In this document: positions 41,001 to 56,000 of the stretch, piece after piece | Numbering within the stretch: the stretch's first letter is position 1 | Layout: every line of letters starts with the position of its first letter | Source of the DNA: Squalus acanthias | Taxonomy: Eukaryota | NCBI GenBank assembly: GCA_030390025.1 | Contig: JASTWF010000328.1 | Location: 248,001-312,000, forward strand | DNA length: 64,000 nt | Direction of reading: 5' to 3' | The notes under the pieces: model-generated | Databases searched by the model: none | What the model saw: the letters and a program-made list of their open reading frames with translations, nothing else | What the model was told of the DNA's origin: nothing | Made by a program: the position numbers and the translations under genes

Positions 41001-44000
41001 AGATTGGGACGAATGGGCTTTTATTCGGTAGAGTTTAGAAGAATGAAAGGGGATCTCATTGAAACTTATAAAATTCTAACAGGACTAGACAGACGAGATG
41101 TAAGAAGGCTGTTCCTGATGGCGGGGGAGTCCAGAACCAGAAGTCACAGTCTAAGGATCGGGGTGATCCATTTAGGACAGAGATGATGAGGAATTTCTTC
41201 ACCCAGAGAGTGGTGAACTTGTAGAATTCTCTACCACAGAAGGCAGTTGAGACCAATTCATTAATTATATTCAAGAAGGAGTTAGATATATTTCTTAAGG
41301 CTAAATGGATCAAGGGATATGGGGAGAAAGCAGGGACAGTGTACTGAATTTGGATGATCAGAAATGATCTCATTAAATGGCGGAGCAGACTCGAGGGGCC
41401 GAATGGCCTACTCCTGCTCCTATCTTCTGTGTTTCTATGTTTCTATGATACGAAGAGGTGAAAATACCCAGCGGATCCGCCCCTATCTATACAACGGACA
41501 GGGGAACGGTTGGGGTATAACTCTTTGTGGACTGAAAACAAAGGGAAACCGTTTTAGTGGGACTGGGAAAAGGAGAGACGAGAGGCAACAGACAGGGATT
41601 AAAGGGAAGGTCATGAGTTTACTGACCTGGAAACTACTTAACGTAAATTAAGGAACCGAGAGATGACAAAAATCATCTGTGGAGTAAAGGAGAGGCATTT
41701 CAAGAACAGAAACAAAATGGTAAAATGGTTAAAATGTATGAGACTCGAACAGGAAAAGTAACCCCCAAAAAATGAGGATTGAAAACCCGACGCTGTGCAG
41801 GTTTTTCCTCCCCCTGCATCACCGGGGGTCAATTCCAACTTCGGCAGAGACTCAATCCGGGCGGTAGAGCCTGTCGTGGAGCGTCACTCCCCGGGACAAC
41901 ACTTCAGGAAATTACAGCAAGCAGCCTGTAATATTCTGTCAGTTACCTGTAATGGAATAGAACTAAATGGAAATGATAACCGGGCAGGGTGTACAATGGA
42001 TGGTCGACCTGCTACCAACTTTCCAAGTTGATAATCTAGGAAACTTACTCGCATCCCAACCTCCTGCTCACTATCCATTACCATTAATATCCCACCTAGT
42101 CTAATCCCAACCTCCTGCTCACTACCCATTACCGTTAATATCCCACCTAGTCTAATTCCAACCTCCTGCTGACCGCATTATGGTTATTATCCCAATTAGT
42201 CCAGTTGCAATCTTCTCTTCACTCCCCATACTCCAGCATTCCTTTCTATCCACGCAGCAATAGAAACAGATTTTATCAAAAAATGTCGACTTGCTTCCAC
42301 AATAGTCTGTGCGATTGAATTATGCTTTCTAACCACCTTGTGTGTAAATAAATTTATCAACCTTCACCCCAATTCTTCGAATTAGCCTAAATATGTGCCC
42401 TCCGGGCAATCAGTGGAAACTATCAGTAACTATTTATTTGATCATAACTCTTCAGAATCTGAAGACTTGCAGCAACTTCTCACTTAATCTGCTCACCTCT
42501 AGTGGAATGAGGCCAACGTTCTCAAATCGCAGTCTCTAACAGTAACTCCACATCCTTGCAAACATCCCAGTGCAATTGCACGCCAGTTTTTCCATTGCTT
42601 TTACATCCTAAAAATGGAGTGTCCAAACCTGTACACAACTGGGTAAATTACCAGCCCCTGTGCTCCTGGTGTGGAACGTCACTCCCCAGGGGGGAACATG
42701 AGGAAATTGAGATTACTCAGCCTGTCATTTACCGTCCGCTTACTTTAATGGTTTGGATTCTGCACCAATTTGTTCACGGAGTGAGTGACTGCGGAATGAA
42801 ATACTGGAAGTTTCATATTTTCGCAATAGGCCAGATTTTGCGGTAGAAATAACGTTGGGGCTAACAGCGCTCACTTTTATTAAAGTGTAAATTGGACAGT
42901 AACTTCCAGCGACCGCACAGGCGGAGTTAAACAGGAAAATCGTGAATGTCCTGTCCGAATAGCCCTGCTGCTTCCAAAGCTGCGCGAGAATGGTATCTCG
43001 CCGAGAGACTCACCATTGAAATGCATGGAACGGCGTGAAATGACTGTACTTACCTGATAGATACACAGGAAACTCGCCAGGAAAAGTCAGGGCTTGCTTA
43101 TTCCAGTGTAATTATTTGTTTAACGGCGTGATCAGTCTTAACAAATGCCAGACAACCTCTCTGGCACAGAAAATTAACTTTTACAAGTGTGGAGTCTCAT
43201 TCCTTCGGATTTTAATTATTGTTGGTGCTGTAGAAACAAAGATTCAATAATGTTGGTACCTTTTCTTTGTCTGTTTTTTCACTCCCTCTGAATATAAGAA
43301 CATATGAAATATTAGCAGGAGTAGGCCATTTATCCCTTCAAGCCTGCTTCGCCATTCAGTAAGATCATGGCTGATCTTCAACCTCATCATCACTTTCCTG
43401 CAATATCCCATATCCCTTGATTCCCTTAATATACAAAAATCTATCGATCTCTGTCTTCAATATACTTAACGACTGAGCCTCCACAGCCCTCTGGGGTATA
43501 GAATTCCAAAGAATCACCACCCACTGAGTGAAGAAATTACTCCTCATCTCAGTCCTAAATGGCAGACCCCTTATTCTGAGACTGACCCTTGGTTCTAGAC
43601 TCTCCAGCCAGGGAAACACCCTCCCTGCATCTGCACTGTCAAGCCCTGTAAGAATTTGGTATGTTTCAATGAGATCCAAACTTTCTTTCCCTCTTTTTAT
43701 TTCACTTTCTGCATGTGATTTGACATTGCATTCTATATTCTAACTGAAACTTCCTGGTTCAGACGTTGCGTGCATCAGTAAGGATTCTTCAATCTGATTG
43801 GTTAAGGAAACATACAGTCGCTTCTCCTGTTCCCTCTGTAGAGGGCGCTGGGCGTTTTGGCTCTAATTTACACTGACGATGAAGGAACGGCGATATATGT
43901 TCAAGTCAGGATCGTATGTTACTTGAAGTGGAACTTGGAGGTGGTGGTGTTTCCATGCGGATGCTGCTCTTGTCCTTCTAGGTGGCAGAGGGCGCGGGTT

Positions 44001-47000
44001 TGAGAGGTGCTGTCAAAGAAGCCTTGGCGAACTGCTGCAGTTCTTTCTGTAAATAGCACACACTGCAGCGATGGTGCACAGTTGGTGGAGGGATTGGATG
44101 TTTAAGGTGGTGGGTGGGCTGCCGATGAAACGTATTTCTCTGTCCTGGATTGCTGGAGCTTCTTGAGTGTTGTTGCAGCTGCACCTATCCAGGCAAGTGG
44201 AGAGTTTTCCATCACACGCCGCAGTTGTACCTTATAGGTGCAGGAGAGGCTCCTGGGTGGCCAGGAGTTGAGCCACTCGCCACAGAATACCCAGCCTCTT
44301 ACCTGCTCTAGCAGCCACGATTTTTTTGTGGCTAGTCAATGGTAGGTATTTGACGATGGCAATGCCAGTGAATGACAAACAGACATGGTTGGACTCTCTT
44401 GTGGGAGATGGGCATTGCCTGACACTTGTGGCCGCGAATGTTACTTGCCACTCGTCTGCCCAAGCCTAGATTTTATCCAGGACTTGCTGCATGCGATCAT
44501 GGACCGCTTCATTATCTGACGAATTGAAAATGGAGCTGAACACTGCAATTATCAGAACATCCCCACTCCTAGCTTTATGATGGAGGGAAGGTAATTGGCG
44601 AAGCAGCTGAAGTGGTTAGTCCGAAGACTCTGCCCCGAGGAACTCCTGCAGTGATGTCCTGGTGCTGAGACGATTCGCCTCCAACAACCACACTCCATGG
44701 TGCCACACACGTCGAACACTGCCTTGATGTCAAGCTCAGTCACTGTCACCTCACAGCTGGAATTCAGTTCTTTGGTCCTTGTTTGGAGTCGATTGGTCCT
44801 GGTGGAACTCAAATTGAGCCTCGGTGAGCAGCTTATTTGTGATTAAGTGCTGCTTGATAGCAGTGTTGAGAACTCCTTCCAACACTTTGATGATGATTGA
44901 GAGCAGGCTGATAGGGCGGTAATTGATCGGGTTGGATTTGTCCTGCTCTTTGTGGACAGGACATACCTGGACAATTCTCTACATTGTCGGGCAGATTCCA
45001 GTGCTGTGGATGTACTGGAACAACTTTACTAGATGTGCGGTTAGTTCCAGAGCACAGATCTTCAACACCACAGCCAGAATGTTGTCGGGACCTGGAGCAT
45101 TTGCTGTGCCCAGTGCATTCATTTGTTTCTTGATATCGAAATGCGGGGGAACTAGGCACTAAATCTCACACCTACTGTACATTCTGGACCTTTTGTCAAC
45201 TTTAGTTATTCCTCCAAGTTGTGTTCAAAATGGAGGAGCATTGATTCATCGGCTGAGGGAGTGTGGTAGGTGGTAATCAGCAGGAGGTTTCCTTGCCGAT
45301 GTTTGACCTGAACCCATGAGACTTCATAGGCTCCGGAGTCAATGTTAATGATTCCCAGGGCACTTGCATCTGAGGGTATATCACTGCCCCACCGCTGGTG
45401 GGTCTGTCCTACTGGGACAGGAAATACCGATGAATGCTGATGGAGGTGCCTGGGACGTTGGCTAATAAATATGATTTTATAAGTATCACTACGTCACACA
45501 GTTGCTTGACTAATGTGTGGTCCACTTCTCCTTACTTTGGCACCAGTCCCCAGGTGTTAGTGAGGAGGGCTTTGCAGGGTTGACTGGACTGGGTGTTCCT
45601 TCGTGGTGTCCGAATCCAATGCCAAAGCCGAGCGGTCCGCCCGGTTTTATTCTTCCGTATCCTTCTTTCGAGAGGCTTTCTCCGCATTTCAGAGGCCATC
45701 ACATTGCTGAAGGACTGGAGTCACATATAGGCAAGACGAAAAGGACATTAGGTTTTACGATAATCGTTATTAATATCAGCTTTTTATTTCGAAATGTTTC
45801 AAATTCATGAAACGTCCACGATGGGATTTGAACCGTTGTCTCTGGATTACTCGTCCAGTAACATAACCAACAGGCTATCGTTCTCGACGCCTCGTCAGCT
45901 CTGTGTCCATTGTCTGATTGCACCTCTGTGAAGTGCCTTTCGACGTTTTCTTTTTTGCATTAAAGGTGTTATATAAATGTAAGTTTTGATGATGAAAGTC
46001 CTGACTACACCAACCCCATTGCTGGATATATGTTCCCGGTTACCGAAGTTTCATACCGGCAGCGGATGTGCAAAATAACGGGTGTCAGACATTTCAATTA
46101 CCGGTGGGAAAAGCGATTAGATTTTTCATCATTATTTTTAAGAACATAAGAACATAAGAAATAGGAGCAGGAGTAGGCCATTCGGCCCTTCGAGCCTGTT
46201 CCGCCATTCAATGAGATCATGGCTGATCTTCTGCCTCAACTCCATTCACCGGCCCTATCACCATATCCCTTGATGCCCTTACTAGTCAGAAATCTATCGA
46301 CTTCTGTTTTGAATATACCCAATGACTGAGCCTCCACAGCCCTCTGGGGTAGAGAATTCCAAAGATTCACCACCCTCTGTGTGAAGAAATATCTTCTCAT
46401 CTCAATCCTCAATGGCCTATCCCTTATCCTGAGGCTGTGGCCCCTGGTTCTAGACTCCCCAGCCAAGGGAAACACTCTCCCAGCATCCACCCTATAAAGC
46501 CCTGTAATAATTTTGTATGCTTCAATAAGATCTCCTCTCATTCTTCTGAATTCAAGAGAATACCGGCCTAGTTTACTCAATCTCTTTTCATATGACAGTC
46601 TCGCCATCCCAGGAATCAATCTTGTGAACCTTCGTTGCACTTCCTCTAATGCAAGTATATCCTTCCTTAGGTAAGGAAACCAAAATTGTACACAGTACTC
46701 CAGGTGTGGTCTCACCAAGGCCCTATATAATTGGAGCAAGGCTTCTTTACTCCTGTACTCAAATCCTCTTGTAATGAAAGCCAGCATACCATTTGCCTTC
46801 CTAATGGCTTGCTGCACCTACACTTTCACTTTCAGTGACTCATGTACAAGGACACCCAGGTCCCTTTGAGCATCTGCATTCCCCAGTCTTTCACCATTTA
46901 GTAAATACTCTGCCTTTCTGTTTTTTCTACCAAAGTGGATAACTTTACATGTATCCACATTATATTACAGCTGCCATGTTCTCGCCCACTCACTGAGCCT

Positions 47001-50000
47001 GTCGAGATCCCCTTGAAGGCTCTTCACATCCTCTTCACAGCTGACACTGCCACCTAGCTTAATACCATCAGCAAATTTGGAAATGTTACATTTAGTACCG
47101 TCATCCAAATCATTGATATAGATTCTGAATAGCTGGGGCCCAAGCACTGATCCTTGTGGTACCCCACTAATCACAGCCTGTCATCCTGAAAAAGCCCCGT
47201 TTATCCCTACTCTTTGTTTTCTGTCTGTTAACCAATTCTCAATCTATGCTAGTATATTACCCCCAATTCCATGGGCCCTAATTTTGTTCACCAACCTCTT
47301 ATGTGGGACCTTATCGAAGGCCTTCTGAAAACTCAGATACACCACATCTACCGGTTCCCCTTTGTCTACTCCACTAGTTACATCCTCAAAGAACTCCAAT
47401 AGGTTTGTCAAACAGGATTTCATTTCATAAATCCATGTTGACTCTGCCCAATCTTACTATTAGTTTCTAAGTGCCCAGTTATTGCATCCTTTATAATAGA
47501 TTCCAGCATTTCCCCAACTAATGATGTGAGGCTAACAGGTCTGTAGTTCCCGGTTTTCTCGCTCCCTCCTTTCTTAAATAGCGGAGTTACTTTTGCTATC
47601 CTCCAATCTGCAGGAACCGTTCCAAAATGTATAGAATTTTGGAAGATGACAACCAATGCGTCCACTATCCCAATGGCCACCTCTTTCAAAACCCTAGGAT
47701 GTAGGTCATCCGGTCCTTGGGATTTATAGACTTTTAGTCCCATTAATTTTGCTAGTACTGTTTTTTTTACTAATAATAATTTCTTTAAGTTCCTCATTCT
47801 CTTCACACCCTTGGATTTCTCCTATTTCTGGGTGTTTTTTGTGTCTTCCTCCGTGAAGACAGAAACAAAGTATTTATTTAATTTCTCTGCCATTTCCTCA
47901 TTCCCCATTATAAATTCTCTCGTCTCTGAATGTAAAGGACCTACATTTACCTTCGCCAGTCTTTTCCTTTTCACATACCTATAGAAGCTTTTACAATCTG
48001 TTTTTATATTTTTCGCTAGTTTGTGCTCATATTCCATTTCCCCTTTCTTTATCAATTTCTTGATCCCCTTTGCTGATTTCTAAAAAGATCCCAATCCTCA
48101 GGTTGATCGCTTTTTCTGGCAACTTTATAAGCTTCCTCCTTTGACTTAATACTAGCTTTAATTTATTTTTTTAACCATGGTTGGATCACTTTTCCTTTTG
48201 GATTTTTATGCCCGAGAGGAATATATGTTTGTTGCAAATTATGCATTCTTTCCTTGAATGTTAGCCATTGTATGTCACCCTTCATACCTATTAGTGTAGT
48301 CTCCCAATCTACCATGGCCAACTTGTCCCTCAGACCCTTGTAGTTTCCTCTGTTTAGATTGAAGACCTTAGTTTCAGATTGGACTACATCACTCTCAAAC
48401 TTAATGTAAAATTCAATCTTATTATGTTCACTTGTCCCTAAAGGCCCCTTTATCACAAGATTATTGATTAGCCCTTTCTCATTACACAGTACCAGATCCA
48501 GAATAGCCTGTTCCCTGGATGGTTCCTCCACATACTGACCCAGGAAACCATCTCGCATGCATTCCAAGAATTCGTCCTCCACACCATTAGTGGCAATTTG
48601 ATTTGCCCAGTCAATATGTAGATTAAAGTCCCCCATGGTTACCGTATTGCCCTTGTTACATGCACTTCTAGTTTCTTGATTGATACTGTGCCCTACATTA
48701 CCACTGCTGTTTGGTGGCCTATACACAACTCCCACCAATGTTTTCCGCCCTTTGCTGTTTCTTAGCTCCACCCAAACTGATTTCAGTTCTACGTCACGAT
48801 CTGCCAAGCCAAGATCTTTTATCTCTACCGTACCAATCTCATCCCTTATTAACAGCGCTATGCCACCTCCTTTTTCCTTTTTGTCTGTCCTTCCTAAATG
48901 TTGAGTACCCTGGAACATTCAGTTCCCAGCTTTGGTTACCCTGCAACCATGTCTCTGTAATGGCAATTACATCATACCCATTTACTTCTATTCGTGCCAT
49001 TAATTCATCCACCTTGTTGTGAATGCTACGTGCATTTAGATAAAGTGCCTTCAACTTTGCCTGTTTAATATTTTTCTGCACGTTGACCCTCTTTACTGTT
49101 GGCCTTTGTTTCTGCTACCTACTAGTTTTGCTGACTACTTTTCTAACTTTCACTTCCAGCTTTGTTTCTCTCCGTTCTGGGCCCACACTTAGGTTCCCAG
49201 CCCCCTGACAAACTAGTTCAAATCCTTCCCAACAGCACTAGCAAACCCCCCTGCGAGGATATTGGTCCCGGTTCTGTCGAGGTGTAATCCGTCTAGCTTG
49301 TACAGGTCCCACCTTCCCCAGCATCGGTCCCAATGCCTCAGGAATTAAATCCCTCCCTCCTACACCATCTCTCCAGCCACGTATTCATCTGGTCTATCCT
49401 CCTATTTCTGCTCTCGCTAGCACGTGGCACTGGGAGTAATCCTGAGATTACTACCTTTTGAGGTCCTGCTTTTTAATTTATTACCTAGCTCCCTATAATC
49501 TGCTTGCAGGACCTCGTCCCTCTTTCTACCTGTGTCGTTGGTACCGATATGGACCACGACCTCTGGCTGTTGACCCTCCCCCTTCAGAATGTCCAGCAGC
49601 CGCTGAGTGACATCCTTGACCCTGGCACCAGGGAGGCAGCATACCATCCTGGAGTCATGTCTGCAGCCACAGAAACGTCTATCTGTTCCCCTTACGATAG
49701 AATCCTCTATCACTATTGCTCTCCCACTCTTTTTCCTCCCCTCCTGTGCAGCTGAGCCACTCGTAATGCCACGGACTTGGCTCTTGCTGCATTCCCCTGA
49801 GAAACCATCTCCCCCAGCAGTATCCAAAACGGAAAAACTGTTGGAGAGGGAGATGGACCCAGGGGACTCCTGCACTACCTTCCTAGTTCTTTTACTCTGT
49901 CTGGCGGTCAACCATTCTATTCTGCCTGTGCACTCTTTACCTGCGGTGTGACCACCTCGTTAAACGTGCTATCCACGTTGATGTCAGCCTCGTGGATGCT

Positions 50001-53000
50001 CCACAGTGACTCCAGCTGCAGCTCCAGATCCGAAATACAGATTTCGAGTAGCTGCAGCTGGAGACACTTCCTGCACACATGTTCGCCCTGGACACCGAAA
50101 GTGACCCTGACTTCCCACACAGCACAGGAGGAGCAGTCCACACTGTCGAGCTGCCCTGCCATGTCCTAACCTTAACTTACTCCCTTTACTTCCTTTAAAT
50201 TGAACTATATTAAATACACTAGGGACCTTACTTCACTTTAAACCCTACTTACTCTAAACTAGAGACCTTACTTTTACTTTAACGACTGGACTGTAGAAAT
50301 ACTCACCAGGTCCTACTTACCAATCAGCTCCTTCCCTAGTTGTGACGTCACTTTAGCGGTTTTGCAGTTGTTGTTGTTGTTTGACTGCTCCTGCTCTCGG
50401 ATTCTTTCCTCGGTGTAAAGTAAGAACCAACTCCTACAGAGTGAAAAGTTAGGGAAAGCAAAGGCGAAGCAAGGGAGTTCCTCCTCCCACTCCTCATCTA
50501 ACTCCCTAACTCACCCAACTCTCAGCACTCTGTTCAAACCGCACTTAGTGCAGATCGCACTGCGAAGCCTGTTTTTATCGGCCTAGTTTCCCTAATTAAC
50601 TGCGTTCAGCTGCTTTGAATTATCCTCTGCCTTCTCCGGGGCTGCCGACTCCTTTCAGGTCCGCTGTCCTCGGCCTCCCGCGCTCTTTATCCTCTGCCTT
50701 CTCCGGGGCTGCCGACTCCTTTCAGGTCCGCTGTCCTCGGCCTCCCGTGCTCTTTATCCTCTGCCTTCTCCGGGGCTGCCGACTCCTTTCAGGTCCGCTG
50801 TCCTCGGCCTCCCGCGCTCTTTATCCTCTGCCTTCTCCGGGGCTGCCGACTCCTTTCAGGTCCGCTGTCCTCGGCCTCCCGCGCTCTTTATCCTCTGCCT
50901 TCTCCGGGGCTGCCGGCTCCTTTCAGGTCCGCTGTCCTCTGCCTCCCGTGCTCTTTATCCTCTGCCTTCTCCGGGGCTGCCGACTCCTTTCAGGTCCGCT
51001 GTCCTCGGCCTCCCGCGCTCTTTATCCTCTGCCTTCTCCGGGGCTGCGGAATTCTTTCAGGTCGATGGGTCAATTCTCCGGCCCTATACATCAACAGTGA
51101 TTATTTCGATTAGTCGGCGTAATTTCTCAGGCAGTTTTCCAGCTGCTTCTCTCACTTCAGATTCGTTCCTTCCCTGCAAATGACGTTCTGACTCACTGCG
51201 GTTTTGTATCTAATAAATCACAAAGTATGACAGCAGGAAGAAATGTGAGAAACGAGTGTATCATATCGTCAATCAGTAATCTGATGTCATGTTGGACACT
51301 AAAGGACAGAGAAAACTAATCAGATTACAACTGCTGCAGATTCTCAGTGATTCCTCGCTCTCCGAGAACTATAATTCATTCCATTTCTTTGCCATTAATG
51401 ACTGAATCAAGATGCTTACAGAATATTTAGCCCCTGTTCAGAATGGATCGGTACGCGGACCTGTGACTGCTTCCTCTGCTGAAAACAACTGGGAGGTCCC
51501 ATCACTGAACAGATCCTTTCCTTCTCATTCTCAGTGTTTATCTTTCACTCCACTCCTCAATCCATTCATTACTATTCTTTACAGAAGGTCACTGATCTCG
51601 CGGAGAAGGGAAACCGGGCGGACAGTTCCAAACTTCTCCTAAATCTGGTGATGGAGAAAGGCTCTCGGGCCCGAAGGGTGATGTGGGAATCCTTTGTGAA
51701 TATGCGCCATGGGGTACCAAAGCTGGACAAAATACTGAAAGAAATGCAGGAACTTGGTACGGTAAACTCAGACACTGCATTCAATTTCACATTCAAACAA
51801 AGCATGATTTGCTATAATATTACACAGATTTGATTTCATGAATGCAAATTGATTTAAACAGGTCCTACTCCATTTGATCACATGAACATCGCACGAGGTT
51901 TATCTGAAGTACCCAGTCACCTGAAAGGTAAGGGATGACGGGGAGATTTGAAAACCTTTATTTCACATCTGAGAATCAGAATGATTGGCTGTAGCCGTTT
52001 GTTTAGAGGTTTCAGAATCTGGGAATCAGAAGTTCAAAGCCTGGAAAAATAGGATTGGACATCATTTAGATTTATCATCAATCCAAAGCTATTCTGTACA
52101 GATTCAAATTAAAATCAGACTATTTCTGAAGTTTCCTGTAAATATGCGGACGTGGCATCATTTCACTAAATCCATCTGCTGATCCATTTCAGTATTGAAA
52201 AACAATGCACAACTGTCAGGATCCTGATACACTGTGAACCCCATACACACCTGGCAGGATCCTGATACACTGTGAACCCCATACACACCTGGCAGGATCC
52301 TGATACACTGTGAAACCCCATACACACCTGGCAGGATCCTGATACACTGTGAAACCCCATACACACCTGGCAGGATCCTGATACACTGTGAAACCCCATA
52401 CACACCTGGCAGGATCCTGATACACTCTGAAACCCCATACACACCTGGCAGGATCCTGATACACTGTGAAACCCCATACACACCTGGCAGGATCCTGATA
52501 CACTGTGAAACCCCATACACACCTGGCAGGATCCTGATACACTGTGAAACCCCATACACACCTGGCAGGATCCCGATACACTGTGAAACCCCATACACAC
52601 CTGGCAGGATCCTGATACACTGTGAAACCCCATACACACCTGGCAGGATCCTGATACACTGTGAAACCCCATACACACCTGGCAGGATCCTGATACACTG
52701 TGAAACCCATACACACCTGGCAGGATCCCGATACACTGTGAAACCCCATACACACCTGGCAGGATCCTGATACACTGTGAAACCCCATACACACCTGGCA
52801 GGATCCCGATACACTGTGAAACCCAGTACACACCTGGCAGGATCCTGATACACTGTGAACCCCCATACACACCTGGCAGGATCCTGATACACTCTGAAAC
52901 CCCATACACACCTGGCAGGATCCTGATACACTGTGAAACCCCATACACACCTGGCAGGATCATGATACACTGTGAAACCCCATACACACCTGGCAGGATC

Positions 53001-56000
53001 ATGATACACTGTGAAACCCCATACACACCTGGCAGGATCCTGATACACTGTGAAACCCCATACACACCTGGCAGGATCATGATACACTGTGAAACCCCAT
53101 ACACACCTGGCAGGATCCTGATACACTGTTAAACCCCATACACATCAGCTACTATTCCAAGATACAGCAAATCTTAATACAAACCCCCGATGTGCCACGC
53201 AGAATCTCTGGGATCTTAAATTTCCTTGAGCTACATATTCAGGGTTTCCTGGACCCCTCGAATTCTGTCCCACCATAAAGTGTACGGAAAGAGATGGAGA
53301 CATGCGAAAAAGCAAAATGTTATCGCTTCTCAGCACAAAATAAGATGTCGGAAAGTGGTATTTCCGATCTGAGAAGATGTACTGATGTTCACACAATAGA
53401 ACATTAATCCGGGTAAAAATATGAGAAATGTACAATGTTCAGGGTGACTAGGAAGTTATTGGTTATTTTCATAATGTTAGTGAAATTAGCACAAAGAATA
53501 GTCGAACGAATAAGTAGAACGCCGAGTGGAACATCCATCCATTCACAGAATGTCCCACTCGCAATTCACACAATGCCCCAGAAAACCTGCCCAATGTCTG
53601 ATACAATAACAGTGGGACACTTGACCATTCACAGTCTGTCCCACTCTCAATTCACACAATGCCCCAGATAATCTGCCCAAGGTCTGATACAATAACAGTG
53701 GGACACTTGACCATTCACAGTCTGTCCCACTCGCAATTCACACAATGCCACAGAAAACCTGCCCAAGGTCTGATACAATGACAGTGGGACACTTGACCAT
53801 TCAGTCTGTCCCACTCCCAATTCACACAATGCCCCAGACTCTCACAATACCCCAGATAACCTGCCCACGGTCTGATACAGTAACAGTGGGACACTTGACC
53901 ATTCACACTCTGTCTATATCCCACTTATATCCTGTGCCCTATTTCCCAGTAAATATTAGAATCAAGTGAGGATTTGAAACAGTTCTCAGCTACTGACTGA
54001 GTTTTAATTTCTACACGCATCTCTATCGAAACTGCCAATTAAATCTTGCAATATTTTACTGAATAGTGAAATGGTATTGAGAAGTTGTATTTATGTCAAT
54101 ACAAATAATACTGAGAACCACTTTCTGACTATTCTAATTGAAGATGTGCAGCAGAAACACAAGGACACACTCCGGGAACAAACTGAAAGACTGAGATTGA
54201 ACACTATCCTAATAAAGGAGAAGGTTAAGGTTTTCCAGCTGGTTGATCGATACGCTGAGCTAACGATCATTTCTACTGTTCGAGATCGGACACTTGTAGA
54301 ACATGAACTGCTGGCAAGAGGCCGAGACCATGAAGAGTGGAGAAAGAAAGATCTCCGGAGAGAGCTGGAAAAAATCCGAACTGATCAATTGTTCCAGAGC
54401 TGTTTTTCCCAGAGAGGAGGTTTGTTCCAGAAAATAAAGGGCATCTTCCAGCGATCCAAGTCTGGGAGTTCCGCAGCAGTGAGTGAAGTGCGGGGGAGTT
54501 CAGCAGCAGTGAGCGGAGTCCCGGGGATTGGAAAAACAACAATGGTACAAAAGATTGTTCATGACTGGGCCACTGGGAAAATATACCCACACTTTCAATT
54601 TGTTTTCAGCTTTAAATTCCGGGATTTGAACGCTATTGACTGTCGAATAAACCTGAGGAATCTGATACTGGATCTGTATCCTTACTTTGGGAATATTCTT
54701 CGAGAGCTCTGGAAGAACCCAGAGGGATTGCTGTTTATATTCGATGGTCTGGATGAATTCAAGGACGGGATCGATTTTGCTGACAATCGGAGAAATACAG
54801 AACCTCAGCACAAGTGCACAGATCCTGAAGACTGGTGTGAAGTGTCTGACATTGTGTACAGTTTAATACAGCACAAGCTGCTCCCAGGATGTTCAGTGCT
54901 AGTTACCAGCCGCCCCACTGCATTACAGTTATTGGAAAAGGCTGAGATCAGTGTCTGGGCTGAAATCCTGGGATTTGTTGGTGAAGAACGGAAGGAATAT
55001 TTCAACAAGTTTTTTGAAGATCAGACGGTGGCAGCAGCTGTTTTCAAACACGTGGAGGAGAACGAGATCCTGTACACCATGTGCTACAACCCTTCCTACT
55101 GCTGGATCCTCGGTCTGTCACTGGGCCCCTTCTTTACACAAAGAGACAGGAAACAGCAGCGAGTTCCCAAGACCATCACCCAACTATATTCCTACTATAT
55201 CTACAACATTCTGAAAAACCATGGCCGAGAGATTGAAAGCCCCCGTGATGTGTTACTGAAGCTTGGTGAGATGGCCTTCACAGGAGTCTCCGAGAAGAAG
55301 ATTGTGTTTAGAAATGGAGATTTGATCAAGTACAATCTGCAACCTTCCCAGTTCCTGTCTGGGTTCATGATGGAACTTTTGGAGAGAGATGAATCTGTCC
55401 AGAGCGTGGTGTACACATTCCCGCACCTCACCATCCAAGAGTTTGTAGCCGCACTCGCACAATTCCTGACTCCAGATCCTGGGGACATCCTGAAACTCCT
55501 CAGAGAAGCCCACAGCAAGGAAGATGGGCGATTTGAGATATTTCTCCGTTTTGTTGCTGGTCTCTCCTCCCCACAGGCAGCTCGGCCCCTGGAGGAGTTT
55601 CTGGGTCCATTTCTTCATCAAACCACCTGCCGAGTGATTGACTGGGTGAAGGAGAAGGTTGAAGGACAGATTAGGAACACAGAGAGTGAAACTGGGAAAA
55701 GGAACCTCCTGAACACATTCCACTACCTGTTTGAGTCTCAGAATAAAGCACTGGCTCGGAACACAGTGGGATCTGTGAACTCACTTACATTTAGTGGATT
55801 GACATTGACCCCGATTGACTGTGCGGTCCTGTCTCACGTCATTGGACTCTGTGATACAATAGAAATCCTCGATCTACAGATCTGCAACATTCAGTGTGAG
55901 GGACTCCAGCGGCTGGGACCCGTACTGCACAAATGCCGGGAGTTGAGGTAACTGCTTATTTGTCTCTGACTGTTGGGTGAATTGTAGATCAGTCACGGAT

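Noticed and set aside
52158..53126. Long ORFs of 244-322 aa (also 547..1314, 1820..2614, 12607..13089, 50615..51100, 58217..58723)
   Set aside because: Stop-free translations of minisatellites in several frames
52217..53143. 39-nt units (7+23+9) each carrying CACAGTG on the minus strand, resembling a V(D)J 23-RSS array
   Set aside because: The nonamer position reads ATGGGGTTT, not ACAAAAACC; no 12-spacer match and no V/J segments
54071..54143. N-terminus of the 626-aa ORF as a start of translation
   Set aside because: Intronic run-in; the phase-1 acceptor at 54143/54144 fits exon 4
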